DNA of 64,000 nt from an uncultured Gemmatimonadales bacterium (GCA_963716255.1 OY970303.1:3232001-3296000), one strand, 5' to 3'; counted from the stretch's first letter, positions 21,240 to 31,059 are shown. Made by a program: numbers and translations. The notes: generated from the letters alone by a model not told the origin.

Positions 21240-22388
21240 ATGTCCCTGGTCATCGGTGTCCCCAAGGAAACCGCGCCGCTGGAGCGCCGCGTCGCGCTGG
21301 TCCCGGAGACGGTCGCGCGCCTGGTGGCCCAGGGCGCGCAGGTGGTGGTGGAGCACGGCGCCGGCGAGGCCGCCTACTTCCCGGACGGCGCGTACGAGGC
21401 GGCGGGCGCACAGCTGGTGGAGCGCCCCAGGGCCTACGACGTGGACGTGCAGGCGCGGGTGCAGCCCCCCGCGGAGACCGAGCTCCCGCTGCTGCGCCCG
21501 GGGAGCGTGGTGGTGGGCTTCCTGCGCCCGCTGGACGCGCCGGGCGAGACGGCGCGGCTGGCTGCGGCCGGGGTGACGGCGCTCAGCATGGAGATGGTGC
21601 CGCGCACCACCCGCGCGCAGAGGATGGACGCGCTCTCGGCCATGGGGACGGTGGCCGGGTACCGCGCCGTGATCCTCGCGGCCGAGGCGTTGCCCAGGTT
21701 CTTTCCGCTGCTCACCACCGCGGCGGGGACCATCCGCCCGGCCAAGGTGCTGGTGCTGGGCGCGGGGGTCGCGGGCCTGCAGGCGCTCGCCACCGCGCGC
21801 CGTCTGGGCGCCGTGGTCTCCGCGTACGACGTGCGCGCCGCCGCGCGCGAGCAGGTGGAGAGCGTGGGCGCCCGCTTCGTGGAGCTGGAGCTGGAGACCG
21901 GCGACGCGGAGGCGGCCGGGGGCTACGCGCGCGCCCTGGACGAGGAGCGCCAGCGCCGCCAGGTGGAGCTGCTGGCGCCGCACGTGGCGGACGCGGACGT
22001 GGTGGTCACCACCGCGCTGGTGCCGGGGATGCGCGCGCCGCTGCTGGTGACCGAGCAGGCGGTGCGCGAGATGGCGCCGGGCTCGGTGGTGGTGGACGTG
22101 GCGGCGCCCAACGGGGGGAACTGCGCGCTGACGCGGCCGGGGGAGACGGTCCTGGTGGGGCAGGGGGTGCGGATCCTGGCGCCGCTCAACCTGGCCGCCG
22201 AGATGCCCATGCACGCCAGCCAGATGTACTCGCGCACCGTGGCCGCCATGATCGGCGAGTTCGTCAAGGACGGCACCTTCACCCCGGACTTCGACGACGA
22301 GATCTTCCGCGGCTCGTGCGTGGCCCACGGCGGCGAGGTGGTCAACGACCGGGTGCGCGCCCTGCTGGAGCCGCGCGCGCCCGACTGA
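21240..22388 (+). CDS. pntA: NAD(P) transhydrogenase alpha subunit, part 1 (soluble dI, PntAA)
   Basis: GVPKE, ERRVAL, RTTRAQRMDALS, GAGVAGLQA, GGYA, TTALVPG, GGNC; no TM domain. Confidence 0.93.
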   Translation: MSLVIGVPKETAPLERRVALVPETVARLVAQGAQVVVEHGAGEAAYFPDGAYEAAGAQLVERPRAYDVDVQARVQPPAETELPLLRPGSVVVGFLRPLDAPGETARLAAAGVTALSMEMVPRTTRAQRMDALSAMGTVAGYRAVILAAEALPRFFPLLTTAAGTIRPAKVLVLGAGVAGLQALATARRLGAVVSAYDVRAAAREQVESVGARFVELELETGDAEAAGGYARALDEERQRRQVELLAPHVADADVVVTTALVPGMRAPLLVTEQAVREMAPGSVVVDVAAPNGGNCALTRPGETVLVGQGVRILAPLNLAAEMPMHASQMYSRTVAAMIGEFVKDGTFTPDFDDEIFRGSCVAHGGEVVNDRVRALLEPRAPD

Positions 22389-22467
22389 TCCGGCCGGGCG
22401 GCGCGGCCCCGCGGCCGCCCCCCTGCCGCGCCTCCGCGTCCCGCCATCTCTAAACCCCCGCGCGCGC

Positions 22468-22563
22468 ATGAAGCGCTACCTGGTCACCCTGGGTCTAGGC
22501 CTGCTGCTGGGCGCCGTCCTCCTGGCGGGCGCGCTGGTGGCGCGCGCCCTGGGCTCGCCCTAG
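22468..22563 (+). CDS. Possible 31-aa single-TM peptide
   Basis: MKRYLVTLGLGLLLGAVLLAGALVARALGSP; host-like codons; no obvious RBS. Confidence 0.35.
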   Translation: MKRYLVTLGLGLLLGAVLLAGALVARALGSP

Positions 22564-22604
22564 CGCCCCGTGCCGGCTTCGCATGCATCGAGGGAGGTCG
22601 TGAC

Positions 22605-23090
22605 GTGAGCGACCGGCTCGCCGTCCGCTCGCTGCTGCCGCCACCCTGGCCGGAGCTCGCGCCTCTTGTAGACGAGAGTGAGCGCGAGGGATTCCGCTTC
22701 CTGGCGCGCCTGCGCCGGGAGTTCGACGACGGCACCAACCGCTTCGACGCGCCGGGCGAGGCGCTGCTCGGCTGCCGCCGCGGCGCCCAGCTGGTCGCGG
22801 TGGGCGGCCTCAACCGCGACCCCTGGTCGCCCGAGCCCCGCGCCGGCCGCCTGCGCCACCTGTACGTGCGCCCTGCGTCGCGGAGGAGCGGGGTCGGCCG
22901 GATTCTCGTGGACGCGCTGATGGCGGCGGCGCGCCCGCACTTCGGCGTGCTCCTGCTCCGGACGGACACGGCGGCGGCGGCGCGCTTCTACGAGGCGCTG
23001 GGGTTCGCGCCTGTCTCGTCGCCCCACGCCACGCACCGGATGGTGCTCGCGCCGTGCAGTGGAAGATCGGGTTCACCGTGTACAGCCTGA
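22605..23090 (+). CDS. GNAT family N-acetyltransferase
   Basis: RLRHLYVRPASRRSGVGR, AARFYEALGF; GGAGG RBS. Confidence 0.88.
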   Translation: MSDRLAVRSLLPPPWPELAPLVDESEREGFRFLARLRREFDDGTNRFDAPGEALLGCRRGAQLVAVGGLNRDPWSPEPRAGRLRHLYVRPASRRSGVGRILVDALMAAARPHFGVLLLRTDTAAAARFYEALGFAPVSSPHATHRMVLAPCSGRSGSPCTA

Positions 23091-23767
23091 AGCCGCGCCT
23101 GAACGGGCACGAGGACGTCAACGCGGCGCAGGATGGCGCGGCGAAGTACAGGCTGGTCATCTTCGACTTCGACGGCACGCTGGCCGACTCGTTTCCCTGG
23201 TTCATCCGGGTGGTCAACGACGCGGCCGCGCGCTACCGGTTCAGGCGCATCGAGGAGGCGGACGTGGAAACGCTCCGCGGCTACAGCGCCCGGCAAATGA
23301 TGGAACACCTGGCCGTGCCGCGCTGGAAGCTGCCGCTGATCGTGCGGATGATGCGGAAGATGAAGGCCGCCGCCGTCCGGCAAATCCCGCTTTTCCCCGG
23401 CGTGGACGAGCTGTTGCGCCGTCTCGCCGAGCGCGGGGTGGAGCTTGCGCTGGTGACCTCCAACTCGTACGACAACGTCCAGCGGATCCTGGGTCCGGAG
23501 AACGCGGCGCGCTTCCGCTACTACGAGTGCGGGATGTCGGTGTTCGGCAAGCGGGCCGGCTTCCGCAGGGTGCTGCGCCGCAGCGGCGTCCCGCGCGCAG
23601 AGGCCATCTGCATCGGCGACGAGATCCGCGACCTGGAAGCCGCCCACGCCGAGGGGATCGCCTTCGGGGCGGTGTCGTGGGGCTACACCCGCGCGGACTC
23701 GCTCCGGGCGCACGCCCCCGCCGAAGTGTTCGACACCGTGGAGGAGATCGCCGCCCGCGTCGGCTGA
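23078..23767 (+). CDS. HAD family hydrolase (phosphoglycolate phosphatase-like)
   Basis: FDFDGTLADS, VTSN, IGDEIRD, VSWGY; start uncertain. Confidence 0.88.
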   Translation: MYSLKPRLNGHEDVNAAQDGAAKYRLVIFDFDGTLADSFPWFIRVVNDAAARYRFRRIEEADVETLRGYSARQMMEHLAVPRWKLPLIVRMMRKMKAAAVRQIPLFPGVDELLRRLAERGVELALVTSNSYDNVQRILGPENAARFRYYECGMSVFGKRAGFRRVLRRSGVPRAEAICIGDEIRDLEAAHAEGIAFGAVSWGYTRADSLRAHAPAEVFDTVEEIAARVG

Positions 23768-23851
23768 CGAAGCAGCGGGTACGCAGGGTGCTCACCGGCT
23801 GTTAAGTTGATTTCGGTCTCGATGGTCGCGTTTGACGAGGAGGTGACAACT

Positions 23852-24082
23852 ATGGGTGTTCCGGCAATTGACCTGAACAAGGCCTCCACCGAGCTCCGTG
23901 AGATCGTGGACGAAGCGACACGCTCCGGCGAGGTAGTACTCACCCGCGGCGGTGAGGTGGTAGCCAAGGTCGTTCCGCTTCGCAGGCCGCGCGCGCCGCG
24001 CCGACCGGGAAGCGCTCGAGGTCAGGTCCACATGGCTGAGGACTTCGACGCGACGCCCGAAGACTTCAGCGACTACGTGTGA
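23852..24082 (+). CDS. Phd/YefM family antitoxin
   Basis: GEVVLTRGGEVVAKVVP, RRPGSARG..MAEDFD; GAGGAGG RBS; directly upstream of a PIN gene. Confidence 0.88.
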   Translation: MGVPAIDLNKASTELREIVDEATRSGEVVLTRGGEVVAKVVPLRRPRAPRRPGSARGQVHMAEDFDATPEDFSDYV

Positions 24083-24086
24083 AGCT

Positions 24087-24473
24087 GTGGACCTGCTGCT
24101 CGACACTCATACGTTCCTCTGGTTCATCGACGATGATCCTCGGCTGAGCCCGGTTGCAGCCCAGCGAATCAGCGATTCGGACAGCCGGGTCGTCGTCAGC
24201 GTGGTCAGTGCATGGGAGATTGCGATCAAGGTCCGAAACGGGAAACTCACGCTCAGCCGCTCCTTGGCCGACATGTGGTCGGAGAGCATCGACGACAACA
24301 ATTTCGAGGTGCTGGATGTGATCCCGAAGCACGTTCTTGCACTGGATCTGCTTCCGCTGCACCATCGCGATCCGTTCGACCGGATGCTCGTCGCGCAGGC
24401 TATCGCTGAGGGCTTTCAGCTGGTGAGCGCTGATACCGCCCTGGATCTTTATCCTCTCCAGCGAATCTGGTGA
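24087..24473 (+). CDS. vapC: VapC/PIN-domain toxin
   Basis: LLLDTHTFLW, SVVSAWEIAIK, HHRDPFDRMLVAQA. Confidence 0.93.
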   Translation: MDLLLDTHTFLWFIDDDPRLSPVAAQRISDSDSRVVVSVVSAWEIAIKVRNGKLTLSRSLADMWSESIDDNNFEVLDVIPKHVLALDLLPLHHRDPFDRMLVAQAIAEGFQLVSADTALDLYPLQRIW

Positions 24474-24551
24474 CTTCGGGTCATCTCGCTTCCTCTGGAT
24501 CCCTGGCCCGTTCGGCGAATCTGGTGAGCGCCCCTGTCGTCCCCCGCCCCC

Positions 24552-24986
24552 ATGCGCCTCGCACGCGTCGTCCTCGTCCTCACCGCGCTGGCCTTCTTCG
24601 TCCTGGCCGTCGCCCTGCTGTGGCGGCCGCAGCTCGCCGCGCGGGTGGACCTCGCCCCCGCCACGCCCACGGCCCGCGTGGAGCTGGCGGCCATGTACAG
24701 CGGCCTGGAGCTGGGGATCGCCGCGTTCCTGGCGCTCTGCGTCTTCCGGGGCGGCGCCTGGGTGGGCGCGGGGCTCCTGCTCGGCGGCTTCGCGCTGGGC
24801 GGGCTCGGCATCGTCCGCCTGGGCGTCTCGCTGGCGGTGGGTCCCATCGCTCCGGTGATGTACGGGTTCGCGCTGGCCGAGATCCTGGGGGCGGCGCTCT
24901 GCTTCTGGGCCGCGGGACGCATGCCGGGGGCGTGGCGGCGGGGCGCCGACGGCCTGGCGAGCACCCCGCACGGGAGGCTTTCCTGA
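24552..24986 (+). CDS. Membrane protein (DUF4345-like)
   Basis: 4 TM helices; ELAAMYSGLELG motif. Confidence 0.7.
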   Translation: MRLARVVLVLTALAFFVLAVALLWRPQLAARVDLAPATPTARVELAAMYSGLELGIAAFLALCVFRGGAWVGAGLLLGGFALGGLGIVRLGVSLAVGPIAPVMYGFALAEILGAALCFWAAGRMPGAWRRGADGLASTPHGRLS

Positions 24987-25094
24987 ATCCAGGCAGCGGG
25001 CGCTGGCCCGGGCGGGGGCGCGGCGGCTAGATTCGCGCTCTCGCCTCCCCGGGAACGGCCCGGCGGGGAGCCGGCCACCGCCAGCGACGGAACC

Positions 25095-25964
25095 ATGAGC
25101 TACGACGTGAGCGCCCTCCTGGAGCTCCTGGACCTGGAGCCGCTGGAGCTCAACATCTACCGCGGGCAGAGCCGCGACATCGGCTCCGGGCGCGTGTACG
25201 GCGGGCAGGTGCTGGCGCAGGCGCTGGTGGCCGCCCGGCGCACGGTGGACGAGGAGCGCACCGCCCACTCGCTGCACGGCTACTTCATCCTCCCGGGCGA
25301 CATCCACGCGCCCATCGTGTACTTCGTGGACCGCCTGCGCGACGGCAAGAGCTTCACCACGCGGCAGGTGACCGCCATCCAGCACGGGCGCGCCATCTTC
25401 AACATGTCCGTGTCCTTCCAGGTGGCGGAGGACGACGGCCCCGACCACCAGGTGGAGATGCCGGACGTCCCGCCGCCGGAGGAGCTGCCGCGCGAGCTGG
25501 ACCTGGTGCGCGCCATGGCCGACCGCATCCCCGAGCCGCTGCGCGCCGTGTACACGCAGGACCGGCCCATCGACTTCCGCCCCGTGTCCCCGGTGGACCC
25601 CTTCCAGCCGGAGCGGCGCGCCCCGGCGAAGCACGTCTGGTTCCGCGCCGTCGGCGAGCTGCCGGAGGACGACGTGCTTTCGCACCAGGCCACGCTCGCG
25701 TACGCCTCCGACTACGGCCTGCTGGGAACCGCGCTCCTGCCGCACGGCCTTTCCTTCCAGATGCGCAGGCTCCAGGCGGCCACGCTGGACCACGCCCTGT
25801 GGTTCCACCGCCCCTTCCGCGCGAGCGAGTGGCTGCTGTACTCCATGGACGCCCCCAGCGCCTCCGGCGCGCGCGGCTTCACGCGGGGGAGCATCTTCAC
25901 CCGCGACGGGCGGCTGGTGGCGTCGTCGGCGCAGGAGGGGCTGTTACGCGTTCGTGAAGGGTGA
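25095..25964 (+). CDS. tesB: Acyl-CoA thioesterase II
   Basis: RVYGGQVLAQA, HSLHGYF, RDGKSFTTR, AYASD, LDHALWFHRP, QEGL. Confidence 0.95.
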   Translation: MSYDVSALLELLDLEPLELNIYRGQSRDIGSGRVYGGQVLAQALVAARRTVDEERTAHSLHGYFILPGDIHAPIVYFVDRLRDGKSFTTRQVTAIQHGRAIFNMSVSFQVAEDDGPDHQVEMPDVPPPEELPRELDLVRAMADRIPEPLRAVYTQDRPIDFRPVSPVDPFQPERRAPAKHVWFRAVGELPEDDVLSHQATLAYASDYGLLGTALLPHGLSFQMRRLQAATLDHALWFHRPFRASEWLLYSMDAPSASGARGFTRGSIFTRDGRLVASSAQEGLLRVREG

Positions 25965-25978
25965 TTTGACAAAGCCGG

Positions 25979-26114
25979 GTTCGGGCGTGCCCCCGGCTGG
26001 CGCCGGGGTCGGGCTTCGGCTCCGTAACGCAGCAAACAACGCCGCGTAACGGAGTCGAGCCCCGGCAAACAGCCGCCGGGTCTCGCCCCTTCGGGCCGAA
26101 ATCCCTCACGCGGG
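25979..26114 (-). repeat. Repeat family A, copy 2
   Basis: Stem A CCCGGC/GCCGGG; stem B ACGCGGC/GCTGCGT (one G.T pair). Confidence 0.97.
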
Positions 26115-26260
26115 CATCGCGTTGGCCTCCGCGATAGCCCCTCACCTCCCGAGGGCACGCGGCCCGCGCGAATTCCGCAGGAGGCCTGCACCTTGCGTTT
26201 GCGGCGCCCTCCGCGCGAGAAAAAAGCCTCACCGGAACGGACCGCCACATGGAGGTGGAG

Positions 26261-26686
26261 ATGGCGCAGGCGAAGAGCGGCGACACGGTGCGCGTTCACT
26301 ACACCGGCAGGCTGGAGGACGGGAGCGTCTTCGATTCGTCCCGGGGGCGCGAGCCGCTGGAGTTCGTGCTGGGGGCGCAGCAGGTGATCCCCGGCTTCGA
26401 GGAGGCGGTGGACGGGCTGAGCCCCGGCGAGGAGCGCACCGTGAGCATTCCCGTGGAGCGGGCGTACGGCCCGCGCCGCGAGGAGATGGTCCTCGTCGTG
26501 GGCCGCGACCAGTTCCCCGACGAGATCCAGCCCGAGGTGGGGCAGCAGCTGCAGATGAGCCAGGACGGCCAGGTCGCCATCGTCACCGTCACCGGCGTCT
26601 CAGACGCCGAGGTCACGATGGACGCCAACCACCCGCTCGCCGGCAAGGACCTGGTGTTCGACGTGGAGCTGGTCGAGATCGTTTGA
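26261..26686 (+). CDS. FKBP-type peptidyl-prolyl isomerase (SlyD/SlpA-like)
   Basis: GDTVRVHYTGRLEDGSVFDSS, VIPGFE, DANHPLAGKDL. Confidence 0.93.
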   Translation: MAQAKSGDTVRVHYTGRLEDGSVFDSSRGREPLEFVLGAQQVIPGFEEAVDGLSPGEERTVSIPVERAYGPRREEMVLVVGRDQFPDEIQPEVGQQLQMSQDGQVAIVTVTGVSDAEVTMDANHPLAGKDLVFDVELVEIV

Positions 26687-26690
26687 ACGG

Positions 26691-26715
26691 CAGGGAACAG
26701 GGAACAGCCTGCAAC
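26691..26715 (+). repeat. (AGGGAAC)n-AGCCTGCAAC short repeat
   Basis: CAGGGAACAGGGAACAGCCTGCAAC; same motif at 49858-49894. Confidence 0.7.
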
Positions 26716-26726
26716 TACAACGGCGA

Positions 26727-26765
26727 CCCCCTCCCCCGGTCCCTCCCCGCAAGGGGGAGGGGAGC
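26727..26765 (+). repeat. REP-like palindrome, family C1
   Basis: CCCCCTCCCCCGGT followed by a CCCTCCCC-GCAA-G-rich hairpin. Confidence 0.65.
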
Positions 26766-26792
26766 ACGACACGACAAAGCCGAGGCACAGGA

Positions 26793-26850
26793 AGCCCTCC
26801 CCCAGAATTGGGGGAGGGTGGCGGCTCTCAGGCCGCCGGGTGGGGGCCCC
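26793..26850 (+). repeat. REP-like palindrome, family C2
   Basis: GCCCTCCCCCAGAATTGGGGGAGGGTGGCGGCTCTCAGGCCGCCGGGTGGGGGCC; also at 34056 (minus) and 39577. Confidence 0.85.
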
Positions 26851-26869
26851 CGCGGACGCCAGCGCGAGA

Positions 26870-27007
26870 CCCGCGTGAGGGATTTTGGCCCGGAGGGGCG
26901 AGACCCCGCGGGCAGTTTCGCGGGGGCTCGACTCCGTTGAGCAGCGTTGTTTGCTGCTCTACGGAGCCGAAGCCCGACCCCGGCGCCAGCCGGGGGCACG
27001 CCCGAAC
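26870..27007 (+). repeat. Repeat family A, copy 3
   Basis: Stem A CCCCGCG/CGCGGGG; stem B GAGCAGC/GCTGCTC. Confidence 0.97.
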
Positions 27008-27024
27008 CGGTCTTCTAAACAACC

Positions 27025-27052
27025 TGTCACGCCACGCACCCCCTGTCTCGTC
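27025..27052 (+). promoter_or_regulatory. ECF41-type promoter
   Basis: TGTCACG-N17-CGTC, close to the ECF41 consensus TGTCACA-N16-CGTC, upstream of the oxidoreductase-sigma pair. Confidence 0.65.
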
Positions 27053-27110
27053 TCCACTCCGGAGGCCCGGAGATCCGGCCCCCCCGACGACGAAACAGGG
27101 AGATCGACCC

Positions 27111-28334
27111 ATGATGCATCTTCGGAAAAAGCCGCGCGTGCTGGTGCTCGGAGGCGGGTACGCGGGGATGATGGCGGCGGCGCGGGCCGCGCGCGGCGGA
27201 CGGGCGGAGGTGACGCTGCTGGACGCGCGCGACCGCTTCACCCAGCGGATCCGGCTGCACGAGCTGCTGGCCGGCTCGGAGCCCGCCTCGCCCCACTTCG
27301 GGCCGCTGCTGGCCCGGCGGGGGATCCGCTTCGTGCAGGGGTGGGCGGAGCGGCTGGACCCGGCGCGCGCCGCGGTGACGGGGCGGGCCGCGGGGGGCGG
27401 GCGGCTGGAGGTGGGCTACGACTGGCTGGTGCTGGCGCTGGGGAGCCGCACCGCGCAGGGCGTCCCGGGCGCGGCGGAGCATGCCCTGCGCCTGGACGAC
27501 CCGGCGGAGGTGCGGGCGGCGGCGCCGCGCGTACGGGAGCTGGCGGCGGTGGGCGGGCGCGTGCTGGTGGTGGGGGGCGGGCTCACCGGGGTGGAGTCCG
27601 CGGCGGAGCTGGCGGAGCGCTTCCCCGGCCTGCGGGTGGCTCTCGCCACGGCGGGCGGGCTGGACGAGGGGTACGCCCCGGCCGCCGCGGCGCACCTGCG
27701 GGCGCGGCTGGCCGCGCTGGGGGTGGACGTGCGCGAGCACGCGGCCGTGCGCGAGGTGGAGGCCGGGCGCGCCTGGCTGCACGACGGCACGGCCGAGTCC
27801 TTCGGGCTGTGCCTGTGGTGCGGCGGGCTCCAGGCTCCCGCTCTGGCGCGGGACGCCGGCCTCGCGGTCGACGCCTGCGGGCGCGTGCGCACCGACGCGG
27901 CGCTGCGCGTTCCCGGGCACCCGCGGGTGTTCGCCGCGGGCGACGCGGCGGCCATGGCGGGCGCGGACGGGCGGGCGCTGCGCATGGCGTGCGCCAGCGC
28001 GCTCCCGGGCGGCGCGCACGCGGGGGAGGGCGTCGCCCGCGCGCTGCGCGGCGCCGGGCCGGAGCCGTTCCGCTTCGGCTTCGCGGCGCGCTGCGTCAGC
28101 CTGGGGCGGCGCGGGGGGCTGGTGCAGTGGGTCGCGCCGGACGACGCCCCACGCCCCCGGGTGTGGACCGGGCGCGCCGCCGTGCTCACCAAGGAGGCGA
28201 TCTGCCGCGCGACGCTGTTCGTGGTCCGGGCCGAGCTCCGCACCGGGCTGCCGCTGTACCGCTGGCCCGGCCCCGGGCGCGGCGCGGAGGCGGGGCGGGA
28301 GGCGGCCGGGCTGGCGCTGCAGGGAGGCCGGTGA
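27111..28334 (+). CDS. NAD(P)/FAD-dependent oxidoreductase (Ndh-like, ECF41-associated)
   Basis: GGGYAG, QRIRLHE, GGGLTGVE, FAAGD, RCVSLGRR. Confidence 0.9.
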   Translation: MMHLRKKPRVLVLGGGYAGMMAAARAARGGRAEVTLLDARDRFTQRIRLHELLAGSEPASPHFGPLLARRGIRFVQGWAERLDPARAAVTGRAAGGGRLEVGYDWLVLALGSRTAQGVPGAAEHALRLDDPAEVRAAAPRVRELAAVGGRVLVVGGGLTGVESAAELAERFPGLRVALATAGGLDEGYAPAAAAHLRARLAALGVDVREHAAVREVEAGRAWLHDGTAESFGLCLWCGGLQAPALARDAGLAVDACGRVRTDAALRVPGHPRVFAAGDAAAMAGADGRALRMACASALPGGAHAGEGVARALRGAGPEPFRFGFAARCVSLGRRGGLVQWVAPDDAPRPRVWTGRAAVLTKEAICRATLFVVRAELRTGLPLYRWPGPGRGAEAGREAAGLALQGGR

Positions 28335-29236
28335 TGCGCCTGGCTGAGGGCGCCGCGCCGGGAGACGCCGGCGATTCCCCGGCGGCGCTGGCCGCGTTCC
28401 AGCTCGAGCGGGGGCGCCTGTTCGGGATCGCGTACCGCATGCTGGGCTCGGTGCGCGAGGCGGAGGACGTGCTCCAGGACGCGTACCTGCGCTGGCACGG
28501 GGTGGACCACGCCGCGGTGGCCCACCCCCCGGCGTACCTGGCGCGGCTGGTCACCCGCCTGTGCCTGGACACGCTCCGGTCCGCCCATGCCCGGCGGGTG
28601 GAGTACTACGGCGTGTGGCTCCCCGAGCCGCTGGTGGGCGCCGCGGAAGACGACCCCGCCGCCCTGCACGAGCTGGCCGAGGACCTGTCGCTCGCCTTCC
28701 TGCTGATGCTGGAGCGGCTCACGCCGGTGGAGCGCGCCGTCTTCCTGCTGCGCGAGTCGTTCGGCTTCAGCCACCGCGAGGTGGCCGAGGTGGTGGGCAA
28801 GTCCGAGGACAACTGCCGGCAGATCGAGCGGCGCGCCCGCCGGCACCTCGCGGAAGGGCGGCGCCCCGCCGCCGCCGACCCCGCCGAGCACGACCGGCTG
28901 CTGGGGCGCTTCCTCACCGCGGTGCGGGACGGCGACCTGGAGGGGCTGCTGGAGGTGCTCGCCGAGGACGCGGTGGCGTACTCCGACGGCGGCGGCAGGG
29001 TGCTCGCGGCTCCCAACCCCATTCACGGGGCCGACAGGGTCGCGCGCTTCTTCCTGGGGATCGCGCGCAAGGGCGGCGTGGAGTGGGAGCCGCGCCTGGT
29101 GCCCGTCAACGGCCGCACCGGGATGGTGGGGCTGGTGGAGGGGCACCCCCACGGGGTGCTGGCCGTCCAGGTGGAGGACGGCCGCATCCGCAGCGTCTTC
29201 CTGGTGGTGAATCCGGACAAGCTCCCGCCCGGCTGA
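28334..29236 (+). CDS. sigJ: ECF41 (SigJ-like) sigma factor with C-terminal SnoaL-like domain
   Basis: AYRMLGS, WLPEP, SDGGG, NPDKL motifs. Confidence 0.93.
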   Translation: MRLAEGAAPGDAGDSPAALAAFQLERGRLFGIAYRMLGSVREAEDVLQDAYLRWHGVDHAAVAHPPAYLARLVTRLCLDTLRSAHARRVEYYGVWLPEPLVGAAEDDPAALHELAEDLSLAFLLMLERLTPVERAVFLLRESFGFSHREVAEVVGKSEDNCRQIERRARRHLAEGRRPAAADPAEHDRLLGRFLTAVRDGDLEGLLEVLAEDAVAYSDGGGRVLAAPNPIHGADRVARFFLGIARKGGVEWEPRLVPVNGRTGMVGLVEGHPHGVLAVQVEDGRIRSVFLVVNPDKLPPG

Positions 29237-29359
29237 GGCGCGGCCGGGGTGTTGTTGCGGGGGGCCGCGGGGATTACTCTTCCCCCACGGCCCCTCTCGT
29301 ATTTTCCGTCCATCCCGCCGCGCTCCTCAGGTCCCATACAGCCCCGGAGGCCCCAGGCC

Positions 29360-29680
29360 ATGTTCGAGACGCTCCTGTTCGTCTTCGTGCTCGCAGCCTT
29401 CGTCGGGTACGAAGTCATCACCCGGGTCCCGCCGCTCCTCCACACCCCGCTGATGTCGGCCACCAATGCCATCTCGGGGATCTCGCTGGTGGGGTCGCTG
29501 GTGCTGGCGGGGTCCGACCACGGGTCGCTGGCCACCGTGCTGGGCTTCATCGCGGTGACGGCGGCCACCATCAACGTGGTGGGCGGCTTCCTCATCACCG
29601 ACCGCATGCTGAAGATGTTCCGGCGCGGGCGGCCGGGGGCGACCGCCGAGGAGCCGGGGCGCGACGGAGGCCGGCCGTGA
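29360..29680 (+). CDS. NAD(P) transhydrogenase alpha subunit, part 2 (PntAB)
   Basis: VPPLLHTPLMSATNAISG, NVVGGFLITDRMLKMF. Confidence 0.95.
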   Translation: MFETLLFVFVLAAFVGYEVITRVPPLLHTPLMSATNAISGISLVGSLVLAGSDHGSLATVLGFIAVTAATINVVGGFLITDRMLKMFRRGRPGATAEEPGRDGGRP

Positions 29681-31059
29681 TCCGCGACGCCTTCATCCAC
29701 GCCACCTACCTGGCGGCGTCCGTCCTCTTCATCCTGGGGCTGCGCAGCCTCACCCGGCCCGACCACGCGCAGCGGGGGATGCAGCAGGCCGCGGTGGGGA
29801 TGCTCCTCGCCGTGGTGGGCACGCTGCTCAGCCGCGACATCGTCCGCTTCGACTGGATCATCGGCGGGCTCCTGCTGGGCACCGCCATCGGCTACCCGCT
29901 GGGGATGTTCGTCCCCATGACGGCCATGCCGCAGCGCATCGCCATCTCCCACATGTTCGGGGCGCTGGCGGCCACGCTGGTGGGGGTGGCGGAGTACCAC
30001 CTGCACGGCGCCGAGCTGGGCGCCGCGCAGATGGGCGCCATCGGCTTCGAGGTGCTCTTCGGGGCGCTCACCATTACCGGGAGCTTCATGGCGTTCGGCA
30101 AGCTCCAGGGGTTCATCGCCGGGACGCCGGTGACGTACCGCGGCCAGAACGCCGTGAACCTGTCGCTGTTCGCCGCCACCTTCGGCATCTTCGTGTACCT
30201 GGTGTTCCGGCCGGACAACCCGGTGCTCTTCTTCGCCATGCTGGTCATGTCGCTGGCCATCGGGGTGATGATGGTGCTCCCCATCGGCGGGGCGGACATG
30301 CCGGTGGTGGTGTCGCTGCTCAACTCGTACGCGGGGCTCGCGGCGGCGGCCACCGGGTTCGCCATCGGCAACACCGTGCTCATCATCTGCGGGGCGCTGG
30401 ACGGGGCCTCGGGCTTCCTGCTCTCCATCCTGATGAGCAAGGCCATGAACCGCTCCTTCGGCAACGTGCTCTTCGGGGCGTTCGGCAAGGCGCCCGAGGG
30501 CGGCGGCGCGGCGCTGGCCGAGGGCCTCACCGTGCGCTCCGTGACCGTGGAGGACGCGGCGGTGCAGCTCGCCTATGCCCGCGAGGTCATCGTGGTCCCC
30601 GGCTACGGCATGGCGGTGGCGCAGTGCCAGCACCAGGTGCGCGAGCTGGCGTCGCTGGTGGAGCGGCGCGGCGGCACGGTGCGCTACGCCATCCACCCCG
30701 TGGCGGGGCGCATGCCCGGGCACATGAACGTGCTCCTGGCGGAGGCCAACGTCTCCTACGACCGGCTGTTCGACCTGGAGGAGATCAACGACCACTTCGA
30801 GCGGGCGGACGTGGCGCTGGTCATCGGGGCCAACGACGTGGTGAACCCGGCCGCGCGCAGCGACCCGTCCAGCCCCATCTACGGCATGCCCATCCTGAAC
30901 GTGGACCAGGCGAAGAGCGTGATCGTGATGAAGCGCAGCATGGCCGCCGGCTACTCGGGGGTGGAGAACGAGCTGTTCTACCTTCCCCGCACGCAGATGC
31001 TCTTCGGCGACGCCAAGAAGTCGCTGGAGCAGCTGGTGTCCGAGGTCAAGGCGCTGTAG
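29677..31059 (+). CDS. pntB: NAD(P) transhydrogenase beta subunit
   Basis: MTAMPQ, IGGADMPVVVSLLNSY, PGYGMAVAQ, HPVAGRMPGHMNVLLAEA. Confidence 0.96.
   Translation: MIRDAFIHATYLAASVLFILGLRSLTRPDHAQRGMQQAAVGMLLAVVGTLLSRDIVRFDWIIGGLLLGTAIGYPLGMFVPMTAMPQRIAISHMFGALAATLVGVAEYHLHGAELGAAQMGAIGFEVLFGALTITGSFMAFGKLQGFIAGTPVTYRGQNAVNLSLFAATFGIFVYLVFRPDNPVLFFAMLVMSLAIGVMMVLPIGGADMPVVVSLLNSYAGLAAAATGFAIGNTVLIICGALDGASGFLLSILMSKAMNRSFGNVLFGAFGKAPEGGGAALAEGLTVRSVTVEDAAVQLAYAREVIVVPGYGMAVAQCQHQVRELASLVERRGGTVRYAIHPVAGRMPGHMNVLLAEANVSYDRLFDLEEINDHFERADVALVIGANDVVNPAARSDPSSPIYGMPILNVDQAKSVIVMKRSMAAGYSGVENELFYLPRTQMLFGDAKKSLEQLVSEVKAL

Noticed and set aside
23852..24473. Lower-GC toxin-antitoxin pair as part of a mobile element
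   Set aside because: Ordinary Phd-VapC module; no flanking repeats, integrase or transposase seen
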